From Chiloscyllium plagiosum (taxonomy: Eukaryota): a stretch of DNA of 40,145 nt. Both the position numbers and the translations under genes were made by a program. Below the pieces are notes generated by a model. That model made no database searches. It was not told the DNA's origin and worked only from the letters and a program-made list of their open reading frames with translations. This document shows positions 12,239-23,810 of the stretch, piece after piece; position 1 is the stretch's first letter; every line of letters begins with the position of its first letter. Location: assembly GCF_004010195.1 (NCBI RefSeq), contig NC_057718.1, positions 45,015,843 through 45,055,987 of the forward strand, given 5' to 3'.

Positions 12239-13549
12239 CTAACAGGAAGCAAAGAGTAAGCATAACTGGTAACCTTCTGTTTAGCAAGATGCAAAAAGTG
12301 GTGTGTGCCACAGAGGTCAGTGCTGGGACATCAACTTTTTAAGATTATATGAATGACTTGGATGAAGATATAATTGTGATTTATCTCTTGGCACAAAAAT
12401 GGATCGAAAAACAAGATGTGAAGAGGGCATAAGGAGGCTAAAATGGGATATATGTAGGTTAAGCTATTGAACCTGACCTGCAATGGAGTATAATGTGGGA
12501 AAATGTGAAATTGTCCCTTTTGGCAGGAGAAATAGCAAAGAAAGATATAGCTGAATTTTACCAGAAATCACCCAAGTGTCAATTTTGAGGTATTTCATAG
12601 AGGGTTTCTCTCAATGAGCCCAAGCAGGATTTCTCAGCCTATTTTCAGAAACTTGCTTGTTAGGTGATCACCACACCTCTATAACACCCTGCTCGTCATA
12701 TCTTCCCCCATGCCAGAGGCGGACATACTCACCACTGCCAAAGCATCCCAGGATTCCTTTTTTAAAGGTGCCATTTTTAAAGCCCAGGAATGCACCCAGT
12801 CAAGTGCTGCCAGTCAGGAGTTCCCCTTCATCATTCATCAAGTGGGAAGGGAAGAACTCTCAGGGTGCGTTAGCATTTTGTTGCAAATGCAAGAGCACAT
12901 TCCTAATCATACTGCTTTTTAAAAACCAAGCTGCACAGGTTACCTGTTCTCAGCCACACCCCAGCTTCGAACCCTGTCTAAGGGAATATTATTCTTCCCC
13001 CAGCGATAAGTATGAGATACAGTTTAGTCACACGAACCATCGTGCTGCACTGTTGACCTATTGAAGCCAGAATAGTTGTGACTATTGATGTCTCTCCATC
13101 CTGAATAAAAACCATATCCTCCAGTGCATTATTATCATTCCCTTTATATGTTGAGTTTCCCCCTTTCACGTTTATTGTCCCTTCACTTTTATCGTCCAAT
13201 CTGTAACCCAGCATGCTCCCACCAATCCAGACAAACGACTTCCCAACTTTTCTACCACTGTAGTGGCCCCTGATCACCCTTTGATTTTCATTGAGCAGAC
13301 CTCCAGGACTGATCCTGGCTCATCCTCCTGACCGTCTTGGACAAAGACCCAACTGGTGACTCACTAGACCCCTGACTGAATTCTGTTCAGCTCCCCAACA
13401 ACTTTCTGTGACTCCCTGAGCTGGTTACATTGGAACTACAGGAATGACTGTGGCTCACACTCCATACCACAGAAGTGTACCCCTGTCCCTGACCCTGAGA
13501 GCCTCAAACTGCTGACAAACTATGTCCAAGCCCCTGATAGCTTGCAGAC

Positions 13550-14050
13550 AATGTTCTCGACTTGCTGTGCCAGGTCTATCTGACTGGATGCTGTTTCCCT
13601 TAGCCCATCTGAGGATTACTTCCAGTAAACTATGTGATACGGTCATTTGATTGAGTACATGCATTTGCTATGCACAATGCTGGCACATGCTCTGGATGTA
13701 GAGCCAAAGCACAAAATGGCAAGTCAAAGTGTTGCAATGAGCATCCAAGTAAGCACAAAGTTACTGAGCACGAAAAATATAAGCAAAGAGCCCTGAGATA
13801 AATACTTATACAATCTTTGAATTATCTGCATAGTCCTGTGTGCAAAGTGTCTGAGCAATAGCATTGGAATGAGAGATACTGCAATGTTCCAAAATACAGT
13901 AATGAAGTGCAGAACCAGACTGTGAGTGGGTCAAAATGTGTCTTGAAGTTTCAATGACATTAGTCTGTGGCTGAAGCCAATGAGTCTGGAGGGAGCTGTG
14001 GGTGATAGGTGCCCATGGAGCATTGATGCAATATTGGTAACTGCAGTTCG
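13550..14050 (-). mobile_element. Possible decayed PIF/Harbinger transposase fragment
   Basis: ORF 13806-14114(-) contains QTNVIETSRHILTHSQSGSALHYCILEHCS, reminiscent of Harbinger TRxxIERxxGxLKxRFRCLDRSGGALQYxP. Very degenerate; boundaries uncertain. Confidence 0.3.
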
Positions 14051-14189
14051 AGATGAAGGGCAGAGGAGCAAGTGATGAGTTTGCTGCATTTTGGAGTTTT
14101 CCAGCACCCCTCATTGCAATGCCATTCTGATTTTCATGTCAGCAATTGTCCCTTTCTAATTTCTATCCAAAGGTGGGAGAATGGAAAAC

Positions 14190-14508
14190 AGCGTATAGTG
14201 TGGAAAGAGGCCATTCGGCCCATTGAGTCTGCACTGTCTCTCCGAAGAGTATCCCACCCAAACTCAGCTGCCTACCCTATCTCCATTTACCAACATTAAT
14301 TTACCCAGCCTGCACATGCCTGACGCTTCAGACAATTTAGCATGGCTAATTCACCTAACTTGCTCATCTTAGGACAGGGGGAGGAAACCAGAGCATCCGG
14401 AGGACACAGGGAGAATATACAAACTTCACACAGACAGTTGCCCAAGGCTGGAATCGAACCTGGGTCCTTGACATTGTGAGGCAGCAGTGCTAACTGTTGT
14501 GCCACTGT
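14190..14508 (-). mobile_element. tRNA-derived V-SINE (HE1-like) with CR1-type tail
   Basis: Minus strand shows A-box-like tggcacaacagtt, B-box ggttcgattcc, V-core ctgtctgtgtgaagtttgtatattctccc and tail gggccgaatggcctctttc. Confidence 0.85.
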
Positions 14509-14879
14509 ACCTGCGAGATGACCTCCTCTGGGTATGCTTAATCCAGAAAACTGCCATCTTTCCGATGACTGACAGTGATTTCAGTTATCCTTTAAGCTTG
14601 GAAACCTTGAGCCTGAGCAGCTGAAATACTTCGCACATACATAATTCCTAAAGACAGATAAAATATTCCGAACACACAAACAGGAGTATGTAATTCATCC
14701 CTTTGAGTCTGATTTGCCTTTCCAGATAATGGCTCATCATCTACCTCACTGCTGTTTGAAGTTCCCACTTGGAACAAGAATTGCAAACAACAGAGCATCC
14801 GTAGTCTAACTAATGCCTGTTCTCTCTTAATGCCTGTACATGTTCTGTTTTAATGCTGTTAGAATACAGCTGCGGTTAG

Positions 14880-15467
14880 AGCCCAGAACATAGATCAGTA
14901 CAGCAGAGGAAGAGGTCCTTTGGCCCACCGTGACTGTGCAGACCATGCTGCCATTAAACTAATCCCATCTGCCTGCACATGGTCCATATCTCTCTATTCC
15001 TTGCCTGTTTGTGTGTCTGTCTAAATGCCACTTAGCTTTGCTAAAGTATCAACTTCTACCACTTCCACTGGCAGTGCATTCCAGATGCCCCTACTCGCTC
15101 TGGGTAAAAGACTTTCTGTGCACATTTCCTTTAAAGTTTCCCCCTCTCACCTTAAATCTATGCCCTGTAATATTTGACATTTCCAACCTGGGAAAAGGAC
15201 TCCAAGTATCCTCCCTGTCTATGCCTTTCATAATTTTATATACTTCTATTCGGGCATCTCTCAGCCTTCGGTGCTATTGTGAAAACAGTTCAATCTCTCC
15301 TTATAGCTAATACAATCCAATCCAGACAGCATCCTGGTAAAACCCTATTGCATCCTCTCCAAAGCCTGCATATCCTTCCAAGAGTGTGATGACCAGAACT
15401 GCACAACGTGCCATAACTGAAGTCTTATACAGCAACAACATGACTTGGCAACATTTATGCTCAATGT
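14880..15467 (-). mobile_element. CR1 LINE 3' fragment
   Basis: Antisense CR1 3' end (tail agaacatag; gaccagaactgcacaa = reverse complement of CVQFWS). Confidence 0.8.
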
Positions 15468-16020
15468 GATCATACTCATAGGTTTTTTTTTAAGTTTGGA
15501 TGAGTTTAAACAAATGGTCTAGTTAAGAAAGAGAACTATAGATGTACTGATCAAACAATCACTGGCCCACTTTCCTTAGGTTAATATTTTTCTATTCTTT
15601 CTCTGATTCCCAGTGCCTTACAACCTCTTCTTTCAACGATGAGTTTCTAATGCTGTTCTCTCCCAAGTTCAATCACATGCTTAACTGATCCTGACTTCTG
15701 GCTGTACTCCTCATTTTACCCTTTGTAAGGGCAATTAAAGATAAGCGATAAATGCCCATGCATGATGAAAATAAAAATATATGAAGTTATCCAGAACGAG
15801 CTGTCCATGTCCAAATTCATACCCTCTCAATCCTACACCACCACAGTGCTTGTTGACCTATGTTGGCGACTGATGAAACAGTATTATGAATTTAAATTTC
15901 TCATCCCTTGTTTTAAATATTTTTGTGACTACCTCCACCCCACACCTTCTATGTCCATAGCCCTCCAAATTATTTGCACCTTTATATTTCAGTTTCTTTA
16001 GCATCACTGACTTTATTTAT

Positions 16021-19000
16021 AGAGTCACAGTCATAGAGATATACAGCATGGAAACACACCCTTCGGTCTAACTTGTCAATGCTGACCAGATATCCCAACC
16101 CAATCTAATCCCACCTGCCAGCACCCGGCCCAAATCCCTTCAAACCCTTCCTATTCATATACCCATCCAGAGGCTTTTTAAATGTTGCAATTGTACCAGC
16201 CTCCACCACTTCCTCTGGCAGCTTGTTTCACACACATACCACCCTCTGCATGGAAAAGTTGCCCCTTAGGTGTCTTCTATATCTTGCCCCTGATGCCCCG
16301 AAACTTATGCCCTCTAGTTCTGGACTTCCCCACCCCAGAGGAAAAAAAATTTGTCTACTTCTCCTATCCATGCCCCTAATTATTTTAGAAGCCTCTATAA
16401 AGTCACCCCTCAGCCTCCAATGATCCCAAGCCTATTCAACCTCTCCCTATAGCTCAAATCTTCCAACCCTGGCAACATCCTTGTAAATCCTTTCAAGTTT
16501 CACAACATCTTTCCGATAGGAGGGAGACCAGAATTAAAAGCAATATTCCAACAGTGGCCTAACCAATGTCCTGTTCAGTCGCAACATGACCTTCCAACTC
16601 CTGTACTCAATACACTGACCAATGAAGAAAAGCATAGCAAATGCCTTCTTCACTATCCTATTTACCTGCAACTCCACATTCAAGGAGCTATGAACCTGCA
16701 CTCCAAGGTCTCTTTGTTCAGCAACACTCCCTAAGACCTTACCATTAAGTGTAGAAGTCCTGCTAAGATTTGCTTTTCCAAAATGCAGCACCTCACATTT
16801 CTCTAAATTAAACTCCATCTGCCACTTCTCAGCCCATTGGCCCATCTGATCAAGATCCTGTTTAATCTGAGGTAACCTTCTTCACTGTACACTACACCTC
16901 CAATTTTGGTGTCATCAGCAAACTTACTAACTATACCTCTTATGCTCACATCCAAATCATTTATATAAATGATGAAAAGTAGTGGACCCAACACCGATCC
17001 TTTTGGCACTCCACTGGTCACAGGCCTCCAGTCTGAAAAACAACCCTCCACCACCATCCTCTGTCTTCTACCTTTGTCCAGCTCTGCATCCAAATGGCTA
17101 GTTTTCCTTGTATTCCATGAGATCTAACCTTGTTAACCAGTCTCCCATGGGGAACCTTGTCGAACACATTACTGAAGTCCATATAGATCGCATCTACCAC
17201 TCTGCCCTCATCAATCCTCTTTGGTACTTCTTCAAAAAACTCAGTCAAGTTTGTGAGACATCATGTCCCATGCACAAAGTCATGTTGACTATCCCTAATC
17301 AGTCCTTGCCTTTCCAAATACATTTACATCCTGTCCCTCAGGATTCTCTCCAACAACTTGCCCACTATCAACATCAGGCTCATTGGGCTATAGTTCCCTG
17401 GCTTGTCCTTACCACCTTTCTTAATCAGTGGCATCATGTTAGCCAATCTCCAGTCTTCCAGCACCTCACCTGTGACTATCAATGATACAAATATCTCAGT
17501 GAGAGGCCCAACAATCATTTCCCTAGCTTCCCACAGAGTTCTAGGGTACACCTGATCAGGTCCTGGGGATTTATCCACTTTTATGCATTTCAAGGCATCC
17601 AGTACTTGCTCCTCTGTAATATGGACATTTTTGAAGATGTCACCATCTATTGCCTCACATTCTATATCTTCCATGTCCTTTTCCACAGTAAATACTGATG
17701 CAAAATACTCATTTAGTATCTCCCCCATCTCCTGCAGTTCCACAAAAAGGCCGCCTTGCTGATATTTGAGGGGTCCTATTTCTCCCTAGTTACCCTTTTG
17801 TCCTTAATATATTTGTAAAACCCCTTTGGATTCTCCTTAACTCTATTTGCCAAAGCTATCTAATATCCCCTTTTTCCCTTCCTGATTTCTCTCTTAAGTA
17901 TATTCCTACTGCCTTTATACTCTTTTAAGGATTCACTCAATCTATCCTGTCTATACCTGACATATCGTTCCTTCTTTTTCTTAATTAAACACTCAAGTTC
18001 TTTAGTCATCCAGCATTCCCTATACCTACCAGCCTTTCCTTTCACCCTAACAGAAATATACCTTCTCTGGACTCTCATTATCTCATTTCTGAAGGCCATT
18101 TTCTAGCCGTCCCTTTACCTGCAAACATCTGCCCTCAATCAGCTTTTAAAAATTCTTGCCTAATACCGCCAAAATTGGCCTTTCTCCAATTTAGAGCTTC
18201 AATTTTTAGATCTGGTCTATCCTTTTCCATCACTATTTTAAAACCAATCTAATTATGATTGCTGGCCCCAAAATGCTCCCCCAATGACACCTCAGTCACC
18301 TGCCCTCCCTTATTTCCCAAGAGTAGGTCAAATTTTGCACCTTGAATCAGAACATTTTCTTATACACACTTAACAAATTCCTCTCCATCTAAACCCTTAA
18401 CATTATGGTATTCCCTGTCTATGTTTGGAAAGTTAAAATCCCCTACCATAACCATCCTATTTTCTTACACATAACTGAGATCTCCTTACAAATTTGTTTC
18501 TCGATTTCCTTCTGACTATTAGGGAGTCTATAATACAATCCCAAAAAGGTGATCATCACTTTCTTATTTCTCAGTTCCACCCAAATAACTTCCCTATGTG
18601 TATTTCCCAGAATATCCTGCCTCAGTATAGCTGTAATGCTATCCCTTATCAAAAACGCCACTCCCCCTCCTCTCTTGCCTCCCTTTCTGTCCTTCCTGTA
18701 GCATTTGTATCCTGGAACATTAAGCTGCCCGTGCTGTCCATCCCTGAGCCATGTTTCTGTAATTGCTGTGATATCCCAGTCCCATGTTCCTAACCATGCC
18801 ATGAGTTCATCTGCCTTCCCTGTTAGGTCTCTTGCATTGAAATAAGTGCAGTTTAATTTATCAGTCCTACCTTGTTCTCTGCTTTATCTCTGCCTGCCCT
18901 GACTGTTTGTTCTCAACTGCACCAGTCTCAGATTGATCTCTTTCCTCACTATCCCCCTGGGTCCCACCCCCCAACTCCCCCCCCCCTCCCCACCTTACTA

Positions 19001-19870
19001 ATTTAAATCCTCCTGCGCAACTCAAGCAAATATCCCTGCCAGTATATTAGCCCTCTTCCAATTTAGATGCAATCTGTCCTTTTTGTGAAGTCACTTCTAC
19101 CCCAAAAGAGCTTCAAATGATCCAAAAATGTGAATCCTTCTCCCATACACCAACTTCACAGCCATGCATTCATCTACTCTATCCTCCTATTCCTGCCCTC
19201 ACTAGCTCATAGCACCAGGAGTAATCTAGATATTACTACTCTTGAGGGCCTCCTTTTTAAATTCCTGCCTAACTCTGTAATCTCCCTTCAGAATCTCAAC
19301 CTTTTCCCTTCCTCTGTCGTTGGTTCCAATGTGGACAATGACCTCCTGCTGCCCCCTCTCCCCTTGAGAACATTCTGCACCCTCTCTGAGACAGCCTTAA
19401 TCCTGGCATCAGGGAAGCAACACAACATTCTGATTTTTTGCTGCTGGCCACAGAAACGTCTGTGTATACCTCGGACTAGCGAGTCCCCTAACTTAATCGA
19501 TCGCTTGGAACCCGACGTACGCCTCATTGCATTAGAGCCAGTCTCAATACCAGAAACTTGGTTGTTCATGCTACATTCCCCTGAGAATCCATCATTCCCT
19601 ACATTTTTCAAAACAGCATACTTGTTTGAAATGGGGATGGCCACAGAAAACTCCTGCACTAACTGCCTATCTCTTACCTTTCTTGGAGTTAACCCATTTA
19701 TGTGACTGTATCAGCAACTTTTCCCCCTCCTATAATTGCCATCCATCACATCCCCTTGCTCTTGTAAATTCCTCATTGCCTCTAACTGTCTCTCCAACTG
19801 ATCCACTCAATCTGATAGGATTCACAACCAATGGCATTTATTGCAGACATAATCCTCAGTAACCCGTAAA
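16021..19870 (-). mobile_element. Near full-length CR1 LINE: ORF1 (zinc finger + SGNH/GDSL esterase), ORF2 (APE + RT), frameshifted
   Basis: ORF1 pieces DYVCNKCHW and IKLGDSLVRGIHRRFCG...CCFPDARI. Endonuclease ITETWL...RKDRKGGKRGGGVA. RT YMDFSNVFDKVPH, SGVPKGSVLGPLLF, KFADDTK, WQMEFNLEKC, LVRPLLEYC. Tail repeat at 16021-16038. Confidence 0.95.
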
Positions 19871-20394
19871 CTCCATTCATACATCTAACCATGCTCTGTG
19901 TTCAAATTCTAAGATGTATTACAAACTCTTATTCCATGTCTACTTCTTCTACACCCATGATCAAGGCATACATAGGACAATGGTCATTTTCCTAGCAAGA
20001 GTCATTCCGTTGGTAGACTATTCTCCTACCAGGTCAAATCAGAGGCATACTACTGGGTGATAAGGAATAGCCTTCCTTGGAGATAATGGAAATCATGCTA
20101 CAACATAAAATGGATCGAATAGTTCATTGAATTATGGAAAAAAATAGTTGAGCTGCTTGGACTGCTCTGAAGATTTCTCACAGAATTTGCAGGAGTAATG
20201 CTGTAATTTAACCATTATCTGCTATATGTTGCAGTATCTTGCCATCAAAACAGCATAATCCCTTGCTGCTTGGTATATAGCAAGCAGCCAAGGAGCAGGA
20301 ACAAGAGGAACAAAATAAGAGACAGTGGAAGCAGTGAAGAGAAAACCAGCACCTTCTTTCTGGTTGGCTATCTATGGTCAATTCATCCTGAGTG

Positions 20395-20975
20395 TAGAAC
20401 ATAGAACATAGAACAATACAGCACAGAACAGATCCTTCGGCCCTCAATGCTGCGCCGACCTGTGAACTATTCTCAGCTCGTCCCCCTACACTATCCCATC
20501 ATCATCCATGTGCTTATCCAAGGATTGTTTAAATCTCCCTAATGTGGCTGAGTTAACTACATTGGCAGGATGGACACTCCACGCCCTTCCCACTCTCTGA
20601 GTGAAGAACCTGCCTCTGACATCTGTCTTAAATCTATCACCCCTCAATTTGTAGTTATGCCCCCTAGTACAAGCTGACATCATCATCCTTGGAAAAAAAG
20701 TCTTTCACTGTCTACCCTACCTAATCCTCTGATCATCTTGTATGTCTCTATCAAATCCCCACTTAGCCTTCTCCTTTCCAATGAGAACAGACCCAAGTCT
20801 CTCAGCATTTCCTCATAAGAGCTTCCCTCCTGGTCAGTCAACATGCTGGTAAATCTCCTCTGCACCTTTTCCAATGCTTCCACATCCTTCCTGTAATGGG
20901 GCGACCAAAACTATATACAATGTTCCAAGTGCAGCCGCACTAGCATTTTATATAGTTGCAGCATGACATTGCGGG
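20395..20975 (-). mobile_element. CR1 LINE 3' fragment, second subfamily
   Basis: ORFs ALEKVQRRFTSML...LFSLERRRLSGDLIETYK and TRGHNYKLRGDRFKTDVRGRFFTQRV. (atagaac)n tail at 20395-20415. Closely similar to 39107-39725. Confidence 0.92.
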
Positions 20976-21159
20976 TGACAGAACGGGTGGAATAACACTG
21001 TCTCCTCATCATAGGGTCCTATTGGCCACAGCATTAAAATAATCATCTATACCAAACAAATAACATTACTTATTAAGTCATTCAACATTCCATACAACAC
21101 TCAACTAACCATCCATTTGCATGCCATTAGTGCTGGTATTCCACATCCTGTGGCTCAAC

Positions 21160-21700
21160 TTTTTTAAATTCGTTCAGGGGATTTGGGCATCACCAACTGA
21201 GTCAGCATTTATTGCTAATAATTAATGCTCTTGACAAGGTGGTGGTGAGTTGGCACCATGAACCATTGTCATTTGGGAGGATATTGTAAGAATGGTGATA
21301 TATTTCCAAGTCAGGATGGTGAGTGGTTCGAAGGGAAACTGGCAGTGGTAGTGTTCCCATGTATCTGGTTACCTTGTCCTTCTGCATCGTAGTGGTCATG
21401 ATTTGGAAGATGCTGTTTAAGATACATTGATGCATTTCCACAGTGCAGCTTGTAGATAGGACACAATGCTGCTAATGAGCATCGGTGGTGGATGTTTGTG
21501 GATGTGATGCCAATCAAGTGGGCTGCTTTGGCCTGGGTGGTGTCACATTGCCTGAGTGTTGTTGGAGCTGTACTCAACAGGCAAGTGAAGTGTGTTCCAT
21601 CATATTCCTGCCTTGTAGCTTGCAGATGGTGGACAGACTTTGGGGAGTCAGGAATCTATGACTGCAGGATGCCTAGCCTCTGACCTGTTTCTGTAGTTAT
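21160..21700 (-). mobile_element. 3' fragment of the CR1/L2-type LINE family seen at 218-2245
   Basis: ORF 21311-21577(-) STAPTTLRQCDTTQAKAAHLIG parallels 1800-1870; antisense 3' tail at 21160-21220. Confidence 0.78.
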
Positions 21701-21756
21701 AGTTTTTTTTAAATTAATTCATGTAATGTTGGGGGGAGGTGGGTGTCACTGTTGAC

Positions 21757-22752
21757 CTTACAGCAGCTCTTTGTGCAGTTGGGTTAATTGGAGCCAAGGG
21801 TTCTTAAGTGACCAGTGCATTGGGAGGTCAGGGAAATGTTTGGCAAATGGACAAGGAACAGTTGTGTGTATCAGTGTGAGCAACTGGGGTGTCAGTTGTA
21901 GTAACTGACAGAACTGTCTGTTCAAAAGCCTTCCACTCCAGGCTTTTATGGAAGATCCTGGAAAGCAGAGGAATTGTCCATCACAAGTTCAGACTGCCAT
22001 GGAGGTCAGCTTGCTGTGAGTTCCGCAGGGTCTTAATGCTCACCTTGAGTCATACGTAAAGTATTGACGATCCAGAAAATGAAAAATTTAGGCAGTTAAA
22101 TTATTGATCAATATGTATTGTAATTATCAAGCAGACTCTCCTTCAAGGAACAAAAATCAAGTTAGCTGAAGGGACTAATCATGTGGTGTCATTTCACAGC
22201 ATTTGAGTCATTGCAGTGTTGAGCCTGTACCATAAGATAATAATCTTACCAACAATCTTTGGAAAGTTCAGTAATTGCACAACTGATGCACAGGCTTTTC
22301 AAATTCCAAATGCTTCCCTGCCATATTAGCCAATACAGGACTGGATTAAAAATTGTTAGAGCCCTGAGTATGGAGAATATTTCAATTTATACACTCAGTG
22401 CCATTTGTACAAATAAAAGACAGGTGTATAGTAAAATGCTTGATGAATATACTCAAAGTAAAATAATTCATATTACAATACACAATGCATAAATGAGATT
22501 GTTCACTGGTAACAGTCAAATTTATACAAGTAATTATTTGAGCCACTTTATCTATCCTGCTGTGTGTAACCAACAGCAGGGATGTAATACCAACACTCAA
22601 AATCATTCTCTTTAACTCCAGCCTTTCTCAATTTCTGCTGCGGCTGCTGTGTGCACGTGTAATGCTTTCTGTAGTATCAGGTTTGTCCCTCTAAAGAAGT
22701 GCTATTGCAACAGGTTTTATATCCCACTACTGCACAAGAACTCTGCCTCAAT
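21757..22752 (+). repeat. Left arm of a ~1 kb diverged inverted repeat
   Basis: Colinear reverse-complement similarity to 26007-27492, e.g. tctccttcaaggaacaaaaatcaagttagctgaag (22137-22171) vs cttcagctaacttgattcctgttccttgaaggaga (27062-27096). Confidence 0.88.
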
Positions 22753-22902
22753 ATTTAGCTTTCTGACTGCATGTTCCCTTAAGTTTTCCTGTACAAGTTG
22801 CAAGGCACAGTACAGGAGAGCTATCGAAATATAAATTGACACTGAGCCACATAAAGGGAAATTAAGAAAATAAACTTTGAGAAAGTAAACTAAAAGCATC
22901 TA

Positions 22903-23073
22903 ACACTATGGGCAATTTAGCATGGCCAATTCACCTGACCTGCACACCTTTTGATTGTGCGAGGAAACCCACACAGACACGGGGAGAAAGTGCAAACTCC
23001 ACACAAACAGTCGCCCAAGAGTGGAATTGAACCCAGGACCCTAATGCTGTGAGGCAGCAGTGCTAACCACTGT
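22903..23073 (-). mobile_element. V-SINE (HE1-like), partial
   Basis: Minus strand acagtggttagcactgctgcctcacagc, B-box ggttcaattcc, V-core gtgtggagtttgcactttctccccgtgtctg. Confidence 0.85.
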
Positions 23074-23099
23074 CCTAGGATTCAGCTAGCTATCAATTG

Positions 23100-23670
23100 T
23101 GAGGATATCAAAATTAGGGATAGTACAATCTACTAGATTTAGCAGAGCACAGAGATGTTCTTGGATAAAGGTAGTGATAAAATCAAATCATGAAGGGATT
23201 GGCATAAAAGAATGAAAATGTTAAAATTGAACCATTGCCAGACGGCAGCCAATGTTAGTTAACAAACACACAGGTAAACAAGATAACGTAAGTTATGATA
23301 TGAGCAACTGAAATTTAAATCACTTCAAGCAGGAAGGGAGGTTAGCTAGAAGAGCATTAGAATACTTAAGTCCAAAGTTAACGAATGCATTGATGACAGT
23401 TTCAATGCCTGAGATGGGATTAGAGATTGGTGACTTTACAGAGTGGGATGAATGTGTTCATATTGGTTGAAAGAATTTAGGTTCAAAAAGATAAATTAAG
23501 AGTAAAATAGGTCACTCAGATTGTGAATGGTCTCGTTGAGCCTCAGTTAATGGATAAGGGAGAGGGATGAGGTTAGTGGGAGGGATTGAATTTGTGATTA
23601 AGTTGATAGACAATGGCTTTCATCTTCTCAATATTAACTGGAACAAATTTCTTTCTCATTTAACGAGCAC
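23100..23670 (-). mobile_element. Very old L2-like LINE remnant
   Basis: The antisense reading near 23350-23405 resembles the L2 RT C-terminal ETxIHAFVTxxLDYxNALL motif. Degenerate. Confidence 0.4.
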
Positions 23671-23810
23671 TAAATGCATTAATCACTGAATCCCCCATGA
23701 ATAATATCCTGATGGTTACCGCTGACCAAAAACTGAACTGGACTAGCCAGGAGGCAGTGGCATAGTACTAATATCACCAGATTAGAAGGAATTGGCTTGA
23801 ATCCCATTGT

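Larger units (their letters stand above)
9180..12545 (+). mobile_element. Old, heavily decayed CR1 LINE ORF2 hosting two nested insertions
   Basis: Endonuclease remnants (KDRKERKRW, VEIRNDIRKKSLTGVVYRP at ~9240-9412). RT remnants (LDFQKALDK at ~11873-11900, WIEDWL-NRKQRV split across 12050-12260, IYMNDLDE at ~12345-12367). Confidence 0.75.

Noticed and set aside
14440..14508. tRNA gene (A-box and B-box present)
   Set aside because: It continues into a V-SINE core and LINE-type tail, so it is a SINE head.
14592..14798. Possible minus-strand exon (VGTSNSSEVDDEPLSGKANQTQRDEL)
   Set aside because: No recognisable homology and no partner exons; the splice signals are unremarkable.
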